A stretch of 46,560 bases of DNA from sequence record SRR22947727_1365, one strand, 5' to 3'. Each line of letters opens with the position of its first letter. The first letter of the stretch is position 1. The position numbers and the translations under genes were made by a program. The notes under the pieces are model-generated. The model made no database searches. It was not told the DNA's origin and saw nothing but the letters and a program-made list of their open reading frames with translations. This document shows positions 17,494 to 26,982 of this stretch, in pieces.

Positions 17494-18594
17494 ATGACTG
17501 AATTAGAATTCAAGAACACTAATCCTACCTCGTACGACGAGGGTAATGCTAACCTGCTTTACAGCAGTAGTATAGGCACAGGTTCGTATGAACTGCCGGA
17601 AGGGAAGTATGGAGCTTCAGGAAGCTTTAGTTATGATCAAGTATTGAGTAATGCACAAACAGGCGGCAATGGTATGCAGTATTATTTAGCCGATGCATTA
17701 TTCCCTCCTTATAGAGTTTTAGGGCTTACTATTCCTTTTAATAGCAGTAATAATGTTTCACTAGAACAAACATTATCTCAAGTAACAGGAATTAAACTAA
17801 CAATGGGTAATTTGCCTATCGAATTAGTAACAACAGAAATTTCTAAACAGGCAGGTTACTTTTTTATACGTACCGCCCCTACAGATGTATTTTCTTTACC
17901 AGTAGCGATTGATGCAGCAGGAACTCCATTAGATTTTAATGTAGAGTTTATATTTGCTCCATACTTAGCTGATAAGTTTAGTAATAGTGACTTCAACGCA
18001 CTTATAGGAAATGCTAGTACCAACTCAACTAGTACTGTTGCCATGGTAGTTGATAGAGCTGGAGACCAACTTAGACCTACTAATTTAGGAGCAATCATCT
18101 CTCAAACAGCAACAAAAGCATCAGTTCAATACAGTAACTATACTACAACAGGTTGGACTAACGCCAGGTACCATGGGTCTAGTTTAAACAGTGGAAGTAT
18201 ATTCGGAGAGGATCCAGCAATGACTTTAAAAGTATTTCAAGGTTCAGTTCACCCGCTTGATGCTTCTGCTAAAACTTTAATCAACGCAGTAGAACAAAAT
18301 TCTGATGATATTTATTACAACGATAGTAGATTGCCAACAGATTATGTATCTGCTAGTGTGTTATATGTTACATCAAGTACTTTCCCATCAACCCGTCCTG
18401 CTAACTACGGTACTAAGGTAGGTGGAGTAATAAACTATAATAGAGGGAGTACATTATACCAAGCAACAGGAAATAGATTTGTGAGGATTGTTGATAAAAA
18501 AATACTTGCAACTGACATAGCTACAGTATTTACTACTAACGAATTTGGAAATATAATAAAAGCAGTAACCGGTAACAGTGGATCTGCATCATAA
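17494..18594 (+). CDS. Virion structural protein (tail/baseplate region)
   Basis: 366 aa, S/T/G/N-rich, within the structural cluster. Confidence 0.75.
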   Translation: MTELEFKNTNPTSYDEGNANLLYSSSIGTGSYELPEGKYGASGSFSYDQVLSNAQTGGNGMQYYLADALFPPYRVLGLTIPFNSSNNVSLEQTLSQVTGIKLTMGNLPIELVTTEISKQAGYFFIRTAPTDVFSLPVAIDAAGTPLDFNVEFIFAPYLADKFSNSDFNALIGNASTNSTSTVAMVVDRAGDQLRPTNLGAIISQTATKASVQYSNYTTTGWTNARYHGSSLNSGSIFGEDPAMTLKVFQGSVHPLDASAKTLINAVEQNSDDIYYNDSRLPTDYVSASVLYVTSSTFPSTRPANYGTKVGGVINYNRGSTLYQATGNRFVRIVDKKILATDIATVFTTNEFGNIIKAVTGNSGSAS

Positions 18595-18618
18595 CTTAAT
18601 TAAAACATATATAATAGA

Positions 18619-18626
18619 TATTTATA
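18619..18626 (+). promoter_or_regulatory. Late promoter motif TATTTATA
   Basis: Intergenic, before ATG 18646. Confidence 0.65.
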
Positions 18627-18645
18627 TAAAACACAATAACACAAA

Positions 18646-19302
18646 ATGGGATATTTAGACAATTCGATCGTAACAGTGGATGCGATCTTAACAAAAAAAG
18701 GTAGAGAGCTATTAGCTAGAGGGGATGGCTCTTTTAAGATTACCCAATTTGCATTAGCAGATGACGAAATCGACTACACCTTATACAATCCACAACATCC
18801 CTCTGGTTCTGCACTCTACGGAGAAGCTATTGAGAATATGCCTCTATTAGAAGCATTTCCTGATGAGACTCAAATTATGAAGTACAAGCTTACAACGCTA
18901 CCAAGAGGTACTTCTAAGCTACCTATCTTAGGATTAGGTTTTACCTCTATTAGTCTTAAACAAGGAGAATCTTTAGCTATAACACCTCAGACACTTAACT
19001 TTGGAGGAGCTACTTCAACGTTTGAAGCAGGAGGATATACTGCTACGATAGCAGATATTAGAGTCTTAAATACATTCTCAGGAGTGGGAGTTAACACTGA
19101 AGAAGCTGAAAAGCTAAACACTGTAACAACAATAGGTACCAACGTATCTAAAAACGTTATTGGAACTTCAATTAACCTTACTGCAACAACAATTAATACC
19201 TTATTTGGGTCAAGAACACAGCTACAGACAACACTTACAGTTATAGGAAGAGACTCTGGAGCTAGATTAACTATACCTGTAACCATTACTAAATCTAATT
19301 AA
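18646..19302 (+). CDS. Virion structural protein (tail-collar/fibre-attachment-like N-terminus)
   Basis: AILTKKGRELLA...KITQFALAD resembles the N-terminal half of tail-collar fibre domains. Confidence 0.6.
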   Translation: MGYLDNSIVTVDAILTKKGRELLARGDGSFKITQFALADDEIDYTLYNPQHPSGSALYGEAIENMPLLEAFPDETQIMKYKLTTLPRGTSKLPILGLGFTSISLKQGESLAITPQTLNFGGATSTFEAGGYTATIADIRVLNTFSGVGVNTEEAEKLNTVTTIGTNVSKNVIGTSINLTATTINTLFGSRTQLQTTLTVIGRDSGARLTIPVTITKSN

Positions 19303-19304
19303 TT

Positions 19305-20351
19305 ATGTCATTTAAAAGATTCGATCAAGAAGATGTAGTCGTTAGTGCTGAGTCAATTTCAACTCCAGTATGGTCAGGTAATAAAACAACCTTAAACGGA
19401 TTCTATACCTCTTCAACTCAAGTAGGAGGCGCTTCTGGTGATTACTACTACAATATATACCAAACTGGATCTGCTCTAGAAGATGCAAGGGTACAGTTTT
19501 CTTTAGCCTACGGCCATAAGAAAGGAAGCGGTAGTATATACTTTAACCCACGTGTACCAGGAAAGACACCATCATCAACAATTTACGGTCAATATAGATC
19601 TCTTATACTAGGAGATGAGGATTCTGATTTTGTATTCGGAGGAGTAGCTTCTGAACATTTTTATGCACTATCAATTAATAGAGCTAGATTTAAAGAAAAA
19701 CTATTACCCGGAACAATCTCTATAACTTTAGAACATTCAGCTAGTAACGGTAAAACGTACAGCAGAACTCTTACAGACGATAGTAAAGTAGCATCAACAG
19801 TTACATTTACTGACGCCGGTAGAGTCTACGAACTAGTATCAGGATCATTAGGAAATATTTATTCCGGTTTAAACAATAACGGATATACTTCTAATCACGG
19901 ATCATACGGTAAAGTTCTTCCAGATATTGGAATAATACTAATAAATGCAAACGCACTTAACTCTATGCCGATTAGTGGAGGAGTTAGATTTGAAGCAAAT
20001 GAATTAGCTAACACAGTTACTTACTCAGGAAGTAAAAGTAACCTGCAACAAGGATTTGATCTCTTCGAAAGAGGAGGAGGATTTAGAGTTCAGTCAGAAG
20101 AGACTATTGCCTCTAACTTCGTATTTGTTAGAGCTAGAAACTCCGAATTCAATTACTCAAGTAACCCTTCTGTAATAACAGGTTCAGGTGAATTGAGACA
20201 CGACGTCTTAATTAACTCTCCTCAATCGTATATTACATCGGTTGGACTATATAATGATAATAACGATCTGCTTGCAATTGCTAAACTATCTAGACCACTG
20301 TTGAAAGACTTTACTAAAGAAGCGTTAGTGAGAGTTAAGCTTGACTATTAA
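19305..20351 (+). CDS. Virion structural protein (tail-collar-like C-terminus)
   Basis: C-terminal YITSVGLYNDNNDLLAIAKLSRP. Confidence 0.65.
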   Translation: MSFKRFDQEDVVVSAESISTPVWSGNKTTLNGFYTSSTQVGGASGDYYYNIYQTGSALEDARVQFSLAYGHKKGSGSIYFNPRVPGKTPSSTIYGQYRSLILGDEDSDFVFGGVASEHFYALSINRARFKEKLLPGTISITLEHSASNGKTYSRTLTDDSKVASTVTFTDAGRVYELVSGSLGNIYSGLNNNGYTSNHGSYGKVLPDIGIILINANALNSMPISGGVRFEANELANTVTYSGSKSNLQQGFDLFERGGGFRVQSEETIASNFVFVRARNSEFNYSSNPSVITGSGELRHDVLINSPQSYITSVGLYNDNNDLLAIAKLSRPLLKDFTKEALVRVKLDY

Positions 20352-20354
20352 TGA

Positions 20355-21377
20355 ATGAGTACTTACAAGAAACTGAATCGCCAAGACGTATACGTTACTG
20401 ATTATGCTGCACGTAAGCAGTGGGATGCTAGTGGCAGTTTGTTATCTTCGTATAATATTGAAACTTTAAGAGGTTTCTCTGGTTCAACACCCGGTTATGC
20501 TTACCCTTCTGATTTAAGAAATAACAGATATGAAAAGCTTACATACGATAGTATTAAGCACAACTTCTATGCTGACGGTATAGGCAACGGTTTATACAGC
20601 GGTTCAAGAGACTTATCTTTACAGACCACATTAACACTAAGCGGATCAAGAGATATAAAAACAGAAGTAGGAGTTATATCTATACCTAAAGGAGTATTTG
20701 GTACACATATAGTACCTAACACATTTGAGTTTAAGCCTAAGTTTGAAAAAGAAGTAGACGAGTATATACTTGACGGATACGCTATAGATAGAATATCAGG
20801 AGAAAATGCTTACATTCATAATAACGATTATTGGTATAAGTCGAATCCAATCGACCCTAATGACTATATAGTTAATGAAGAAACATTCGTTGATGAATCT
20901 GTAATTCAATACGCAGATATTAATCGCAGTCAACAAAGAATAGAAATAATAGACGACGGTAACGGATCACTGATATTCTCAGGATCTGAAACAGTCTTTA
21001 CAAAGCCTAGACAGGTAGTAGGGGATATAATATACAATCAAGGCCTAGCAATAATTACAGATCCAGAAGTTGCAAGATACTTAAGTACTTATTCTAGACA
21101 TATATTGCGATGGAAATCAAATCAACCTATTTATACATATAATGTACACTGTAAGGTTAGTGATAATGAATTAAATTACACATACAATACTTCAGCCCAA
21201 ACAGGAACTGAAGGTACGGTTGCCTCTAATGTAAGTAGTAGCTTATTTACTCCTTATATTTCAACAGTTGGACTTTATAATGATGCTAATGAGTTGATCG
21301 CCGTGGCTAAAACTAACAGACCAATTCAAAAGACTCATAATACAGATATGACTTTTGTAGTAAAAATAGATATATAA
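20355..21377 (+). CDS. Virion structural protein, paralogue of the 19305 gene
   Basis: C-terminal YISTVGLYNDANELIAVAKTNRP; similar N-terminus (MS.K...Q.DV.V). Confidence 0.65.
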   Translation: MSTYKKLNRQDVYVTDYAARKQWDASGSLLSSYNIETLRGFSGSTPGYAYPSDLRNNRYEKLTYDSIKHNFYADGIGNGLYSGSRDLSLQTTLTLSGSRDIKTEVGVISIPKGVFGTHIVPNTFEFKPKFEKEVDEYILDGYAIDRISGENAYIHNNDYWYKSNPIDPNDYIVNEETFVDESVIQYADINRSQQRIEIIDDGNGSLIFSGSETVFTKPRQVVGDIIYNQGLAIITDPEVARYLSTYSRHILRWKSNQPIYTYNVHCKVSDNELNYTYNTSAQTGTEGTVASNVSSSLFTPYISTVGLYNDANELIAVAKTNRPIQKTHNTDMTFVVKIDI

Positions 21378-22015
21378 TGGCTATAACAATAAGAGCAAAT
21401 AAAGGACAAGCATTGAGCTACGGTGAAATGGATATTAACTTCGGTTCATATTTCTATTCTAGCTCTCTACAAGGTGCTAACCTTCATCTACACTATACGA
21501 GCAGTTTAAATGTTCCAATTAATCAACCCACTCATGTAATACCATTAAGGTCAGGACAGGTAGCTGGTACAGATTTTAACATTCAATATAATGAAGCTGG
21601 TAACTTAGAAGGCGCTAGTGATTTTAATTACAGCGGCTCTAAAGTTGGTATAAATAACTCAGTAAACGATTTAACATATAACTTAGAAGTATCAGGAAGC
21701 ATTAGAGCATCAGGAGCTTTGCTTTCTAATTCAGATAAAAGGTTAAAAGAAAATATTTATACTATAGACAACGCTCTTTCTAGAGTCGGAAAACTAGAGG
21801 GGGTATACTTTAATTGGAATAATCAAAAAGAAAGACAAGTAGGAGTTATAGCACAAGAGGTACAAAAAGTTCTTCCGGAAGTTGTTTCTGAAGACAAAAA
21901 TTCGTATCTTGCTGTAGACTACTCTAAGATTGTGCCTTTATTGATAGAGGCAATAAACGAACAAACTAATATAATCTTTGACTTAGAAGAGAGAATTAGT
22001 AAATTAGATAAATAA
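21377..22015 (+). CDS. Short tail fibre with peptidase S74 intramolecular chaperone domain
   Basis: SDKRLKENI...GVIAQEV..VLPEVV...VDYSKIVPLLIEAI. Confidence 0.9.
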   Translation: MAITIRANKGQALSYGEMDINFGSYFYSSSLQGANLHLHYTSSLNVPINQPTHVIPLRSGQVAGTDFNIQYNEAGNLEGASDFNYSGSKVGINNSVNDLTYNLEVSGSIRASGALLSNSDKRLKENIYTIDNALSRVGKLEGVYFNWNNQKERQVGVIAQEVQKVLPEVVSEDKNSYLAVDYSKIVPLLIEAINEQTNIIFDLEERISKLDK

Positions 22016-22016
22016 G

Positions 22017-23882
22017 ATGGCTATTATATTAAGAGCAGACAAAGGAACACCGTTATCGCATACGGAGCTAGATAATAACTTTAGACAGTTATTCTATTCT
22101 GCTTCTTTTTCTGGTACTCAATTAAGTCTCTTCACCTCTGCTTCTTTAGATAATGAAGTAACAATACCTTTTAGTACCCCTTACGGTAAAGAGTATTACG
22201 TACAATATAAAGAAGGAAACGCAACAAGTGGATCTAATTCATCCTTTAGTGGTTCAGCTAACTTTCTATATGATTATAGACAGCTACATTTAAAACATAC
22301 AGGTTCCTTCTCTAATATAGGAGATGCAACAATAGATGGTAACTTAACAGTTACCGGTACAGTTACTGCTCAAGAAATGAGAACAGAGTTTAATAACTCT
22401 TCAGTAGTATTCGAATCAGGCTCTACTAAATTTGGAGACACAGCTGACGATACTCATTCATTTACTGGTAGTTTAGAATTACAAGGAAGCTTAACTAGCT
22501 CTGCAGATATATATATAGCAGACTGGGGAAGTGTTTCTGCATCATTAGCTTCTAATTTATATACAGAAAATGAAGCTTCAGCCTCTCAAGCAGCAGATCA
22601 TACAGCTCTCTCTCAATCTTTAGCAACACGTATTCAATCAGGAAGCGATTCAGTACAAGCTACATACTTAAGAAACACAACAGATACATTAACAGGTGAC
22701 CTAACAGTTACAGGTAGAATAAATGCTACAGAAATAAGCACTACCTATGTCACTTCATCTATACTTTATAACTCAGGCTCAAACATATTTGGAGACGCTG
22801 CAAGTGATATACACATCTTTACAGGTAGTCTTTTAACAGAACAATCTATATCAGGTTCTGACATAAGGATAGATTCTTGGGGGAGTGTATCTTCTTCTTT
22901 GGCTAGTATCAACACAACCGTTGGAGCTCTATCTACAGAGTATAGTGACCTACAGAATATACCATCAAGTATAGTATCTAGTTCAGCTCAAGTAGAAGAA
23001 TTATTACCTTCAGGTATAGTTTCAGCCTCTAGCTTATCATCCGCCGGTCAAGGTGTAATTTCATTAAGTACAAATTCCTCCACTTCTTCTCCAACATTTT
23101 TAGGAGTTAGAACATCAGACTCTCCTACATTTGTAGATTTATCTCTTACAAATTTCTCTTCTGTATCTGCTTCATTAGCAGCATTAACTGCTGGTACAAT
23201 TACAATTAGTAACGATGCAAATAATAGAGTACTAACAGGAGTAGGTAATTCAACTCTTAACGGAGAAGCAGAACTTACATTCGATGGAACTACATTAACT
23301 GTATCAGGAACAGGTATAGGTCCTTTTACTAATACTAATTCTGACATCACAGGCTTAATCGGAGGGTCTACTTTCGGTACATTAATATCAGGAGAAGAAA
23401 ACGCACACGTTGCAATTGGATTAAGAGGAGACGATACAGGAGACTCCTTTGCTATAATCAGCGGTAATGGTGATTACTACTCTGATAATGTATACGATAA
23501 ATTATGCTTCAAGGTAACTAATACAGGTGTTACTACTATAGGAGGTAATCTAACAGTAAACGGAGCAGTTAGTGCCACAGGAGATATTACAGCATACTTT
23601 TCTTCTGATGAAAGATTAAAAGATAATATTGAATTGATTCACAACCCAATTCAAAAAATAAAACAAATAAAAGGTGTATCTTTTGACTGGAACGATCAGT
23701 CAACAAACACCGGCCATGACATAGGAGTAATAGCACAGGATATCGAAAAGGTATTACCGGAGTTAGTTGCAACTAGAGACAATGGCTTTAAAGCAGTACG
23801 TTATGAGAAAATAGTCGCGTTATTAATAGAAGCTGTCAAAGAACAGCAGTCTCAAATTGAGGAGCTAAAAGAAAAGCTCTAG
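22017..23882 (+). CDS. Tail fibre with peptidase S74 intramolecular chaperone domain
   Basis: SDERLKDNI...GVIAQDIEKVLPELV...VRYEKIVALLIEAVKE; internal duplicated module. Confidence 0.9.
   Translation: MAIILRADKGTPLSHTELDNNFRQLFYSASFSGTQLSLFTSASLDNEVTIPFSTPYGKEYYVQYKEGNATSGSNSSFSGSANFLYDYRQLHLKHTGSFSNIGDATIDGNLTVTGTVTAQEMRTEFNNSSVVFESGSTKFGDTADDTHSFTGSLELQGSLTSSADIYIADWGSVSASLASNLYTENEASASQAADHTALSQSLATRIQSGSDSVQATYLRNTTDTLTGDLTVTGRINATEISTTYVTSSILYNSGSNIFGDAASDIHIFTGSLLTEQSISGSDIRIDSWGSVSSSLASINTTVGALSTEYSDLQNIPSSIVSSSAQVEELLPSGIVSASSLSSAGQGVISLSTNSSTSSPTFLGVRTSDSPTFVDLSLTNFSSVSASLAALTAGTITISNDANNRVLTGVGNSTLNGEAELTFDGTTLTVSGTGIGPFTNTNSDITGLIGGSTFGTLISGEENAHVAIGLRGDDTGDSFAIISGNGDYYSDNVYDKLCFKVTNTGVTTIGGNLTVNGAVSATGDITAYFSSDERLKDNIELIHNPIQKIKQIKGVSFDWNDQSTNTGHDIGVIAQDIEKVLPELVATRDNGFKAVRYEKIVALLIEAVKEQQSQIEELKEKL
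22344..22908 (+). repeat. Two diverged ~70-aa repeats in the tail fibre (LTVTG...SGS..FGD...D.H.FTGSL...WGSVS.SLAS)
   Basis: Copies begin at about 22344 and 22701; clear at protein level. Confidence 0.8.
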
Positions 23883-23900
23883 CGACATAATCTAATCAAT

Positions 23901-24392
23901 ATGAACATGCCAACACTACCTACCTGGACTTTTCAGGGTAGGCTTATAACAGAGATTTCAGACATGCCGAAAGGTACTTATGGTTTTATTTACGAAACCT
24001 TACATAAGCCAACCGGTTTGAAGTACATAGGAAAAAAAGTACTATTCTTCGAACGAAATAAAAGACTAGGCAAAAAAGCCCTTGAAGAGCTAAGATTAGA
24101 ACGAAAGGCAAAAGGTATAGGAGGTAGAACTCCACTTAAACAAAAAGTAATAACAGAATCAGATTGGAAAGAGTATTACGGCTCTCACAAAGACATATTA
24201 AAATACGTAAAAGAATCAACTAATCTAAGATCAGACTTTGAAAAAAGAATCTTAGCTTTTGTTCCTAATAAAAAGCTATTAACATATTTTGAATGTAAGT
24301 ACCTATTTATAAATGAAGTACTAGAACACGATGACGTTTATATTAACGATAACGTACTAGGAAAATTTTATAGAAAAGATTTTAAGCTATGA
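23901..24392 (+). CDS. Free-standing GIY-YIG (Seg-like) endonuclease
   Basis: GFIYETLHKPTGLKYIGKK...W.EYYGS...E...N motif. Confidence 0.8.
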   Translation: MNMPTLPTWTFQGRLITEISDMPKGTYGFIYETLHKPTGLKYIGKKVLFFERNKRLGKKALEELRLERKAKGIGGRTPLKQKVITESDWKEYYGSHKDILKYVKESTNLRSDFEKRILAFVPNKKLLTYFECKYLFINEVLEHDDVYINDNVLGKFYRKDFKL

Positions 24393-25171
24393 TAAAATTA
24401 CAAGAACTTGTCGGCGTACCATCACTACAGTACCATATAGACAACGGCCTCTCATTACATGAGAATGTCTACCGTTATTCTTCTGACGCTTTTATACAAT
24501 TGTTCACTGAAGCTAGAACAGCTCTTAGAGACGGTAAAATTAAACTTAACGAAGAAGATAGTTACCTAATAGAAAATACTGATATAGGAGAATACGGAGA
24601 ATACAATGGTATGAAAGTACCTTTAGACCTTCCTATGATTTCTTCTGGTAAAGATCCTTTATTTGAAATTGGTTCCTTAATTGATGAAATGTTAGAGAAC
24701 GAAGACTTATTAGATGAAGGTGCAGGCATAGACGAGATGATAGACTACGAACTAGTAAAAGAACTAGTTGAATCTATGGGTGCTACAATTAATATGGAAA
24801 CATTTAGAAAAGCAGTAAAGCTAAATGAAGATTTAGATTACTCTGGTTTCGATATGCTAAAAGCCTCAGTAGACTATATATCGGAAGCTGAATATAAAGG
24901 AAAGAAAGTTGCACTTAACAAACCAAAGCGTGGAGGTTCTAAAAAGTTCTACGTATATGTTAAGTCTAAAAAAGGTAACGTTAAAAAAGTATCATTCGGT
25001 GATACTGGATTATCAGTTAAATTAAAGCAAAGAGGAGCAAGAGCATCCTTTGCGGCACGTCATAAATGTGCAACTAAGAAAGATAAAACAAAAGCAGGAT
25101 ACTGGTCATGTAATATTGGCCGTTACTGGAAATCATTAGGCGGTGGATCAAACTTCTCAGGTTACTGGTAG
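24389..25171 (+). CDS. Hypothetical protein: acidic N-domain plus basic C-domain
   Basis: C-domain KKFYVYVK...KKVSFGD...SFAARHKC...KAGYWSC recalled from large myoviruses; TATTTATA at 24304-24311 upstream. Confidence 0.75.
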   Translation: MIKLQELVGVPSLQYHIDNGLSLHENVYRYSSDAFIQLFTEARTALRDGKIKLNEEDSYLIENTDIGEYGEYNGMKVPLDLPMISSGKDPLFEIGSLIDEMLENEDLLDEGAGIDEMIDYELVKELVESMGATINMETFRKAVKLNEDLDYSGFDMLKASVDYISEAEYKGKKVALNKPKRGGSKKFYVYVKSKKGNVKKVSFGDTGLSVKLKQRGARASFAARHKCATKKDKTKAGYWSCNIGRYWKSLGGGSNFSGYW

Positions 25172-25460
25172 ACCTTACTCAGAAATAAAAAAAGACGGTT
25201 ATATAATTAGGGAGTTTTCTCACCTTTCTTCTCCGTTTGAATTTGTATGGCATAGAGACAAAGAAGATAGAATTGTTGAAGCTATAGGAAAAACAGATTG
25301 GAAATTTCAATTAGATAACGAGGTTCCTAAAGAAATAAATCGTATCTTTATACCTAAAGAGACATACCATCGACTTATTAAAGGGTCTGGTAATTTAAAA
25401 GTTAAAATTAAAGAAGTTATAGGTATTGAAAACATTCGTAATAACACTGAGTCAAAATAA
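25143..25460 (+). CDS. Cupin-fold protein
   Basis: WHRDKEDR and IFIPKETYHRL metal-binding cupin motifs. Confidence 0.65.
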   Translation: MDQTSQVTGRPYSEIKKDGYIIREFSHLSSPFEFVWHRDKEDRIVEAIGKTDWKFQLDNEVPKEINRIFIPKETYHRLIKGSGNLKVKIKEVIGIENIRNNTESK

Positions 25461-26982
25461 AGAATCTCAGAAATCAGCTCAACAAACAATTGACTCTGCT
25501 AAAAAGGTCGGATACAACGAACCTATAGAGATTTTTGATGCCATTCTACCACACGAATGGAAAGACATACTCCCAGACGGCAACAGTCATTTTAATAGAT
25601 ACGGCAGACCAGATAACGTAGGAGCTTGTTTTGCATCTCATTACTCACTTTGGAAAAAATGCTTAGAGTTAGATGAACCTATCTTAATTCTTGAACACGA
25701 CGCTATATTTGTTGACAACTTACCTGACATAGAATTTGATCAATGCGTTAATTTCGGTAGACCAAGCTACATAAGACCGTATGAAATGATCTATGAAGAT
25801 CCAAAAGACGGTTTAAATCCATTAGTACAAGTAAATTTTCTAGGTCATCATGCGTATGCTATTAAACCGTCTGCAGCAGCTCAGTTTATAAGTGATGCAG
25901 AACATAGAGAGTTAACTGCTAACGATGTATGGATAGATAAAAATACATACCCTTGGTTAGAAGAGTATAGACCTTACCCTATTATAGCAGATACTAATTT
26001 CTCAACAGTACAAACCGACTTACCAGAAGACTTACCTCTTATACAGGAATACCTTAAAGTCACAGCCGAAGATAGCCCTCATCGTAGTTACATAGAAAAA
26101 TGGTTCCCTCAAGTATTAGAGAAACAATCTAACAGGCATATAAAAGCAACCGCTGATGAACTACCAAAGGAGTATGTAGAACTTTATCCTGGCTACTGGG
26201 AGAATGATATTTATGCATGGATAAGAAAACCTATAGTAAATAATAAGTACCTCTTAGTAAGCTGGAGAATGTCAGGTTCCGAATTCTGTAAAGAGACAAT
26301 AAGAGAAAACTTTCCTGAAACTACTTCATTAGACTACTGGGCTAAAAGCCATGTAGTATTAGATGGAATTGTAGAAAACAGCTTACTTACTTTAGCTGAT
26401 ACGAAAGTATTTATGATCATTACTGACCCTAGAGAAGTTGCTATGAATCTATTTCACTTTGATAATGGAATTCATTTACATGATAATGACTATAAAAGTG
26501 GAAGAAATAAAGGAGTATCTTTCTTGAATGAAGTTGCTGACAAACAGATAGAACTTATAACATACTATAAAAAAACCTTTGGAGATAGATGCACAGTATT
26601 GAGATATGAAGATGCGTTCTATTACCAAGATAAGTTCTTAGATAAAGTCTCTGAATTTTTAGATTTAAAACCTTTAGGGATAGATGATGTTAGAAAATAT
26701 AAGAGATCCATATATAAAAACGTAGGTGACTTTAATCAATTCTTCTCAGAAGAAGATCTATCAAACCACTACAAGGAGTATAAAGCTTTTTATGACGAAT
26801 GGCAATACCCAGAAAAAGGAGACATACTACACAAGTACAGCTGGGGAGACGCATCTGCAGGAGATAAAGTAAAATATTCAGACCTATTAGACAGAAATGG
26901 AATAAAGTTAATTAATAAATGTTGCTTTACAGAAACTGATAAAGAACTATCTAAGAGAGTAAAAGGACTAAATGAATTCTAA
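25426..26982 (+). CDS. GT25 glycosyltransferase / sulfotransferase fusion
   Basis: N-part FVITL, FDAI, GACFASH..LW, ILILEHDA (GT25); C-part SWRMSGS, DPRE, LRYED, VGDF (sulfotransferase-like); TTG start. Confidence 0.75.
   Translation: MKTFVITLSQNKESQKSAQQTIDSAKKVGYNEPIEIFDAILPHEWKDILPDGNSHFNRYGRPDNVGACFASHYSLWKKCLELDEPILILEHDAIFVDNLPDIEFDQCVNFGRPSYIRPYEMIYEDPKDGLNPLVQVNFLGHHAYAIKPSAAAQFISDAEHRELTANDVWIDKNTYPWLEEYRPYPIIADTNFSTVQTDLPEDLPLIQEYLKVTAEDSPHRSYIEKWFPQVLEKQSNRHIKATADELPKEYVELYPGYWENDIYAWIRKPIVNNKYLLVSWRMSGSEFCKETIRENFPETTSLDYWAKSHVVLDGIVENSLLTLADTKVFMIITDPREVAMNLFHFDNGIHLHDNDYKSGRNKGVSFLNEVADKQIELITYYKKTFGDRCTVLRYEDAFYYQDKFLDKVSEFLDLKPLGIDDVRKYKRSIYKNVGDFNQFFSEEDLSNHYKEYKAFYDEWQYPEKGDILHKYSWGDASAGDKVKYSDLLDRNGIKLINKCCFTETDKELSKRVKGLNEF

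Noticed and set aside
21377-23882. Diversity-generating retroelement or invertible tail-fibre cassette
   Set aside because: No reverse transcriptase or invertase, and no near-identical nucleotide repeats; the repeats are old protein-level duplications
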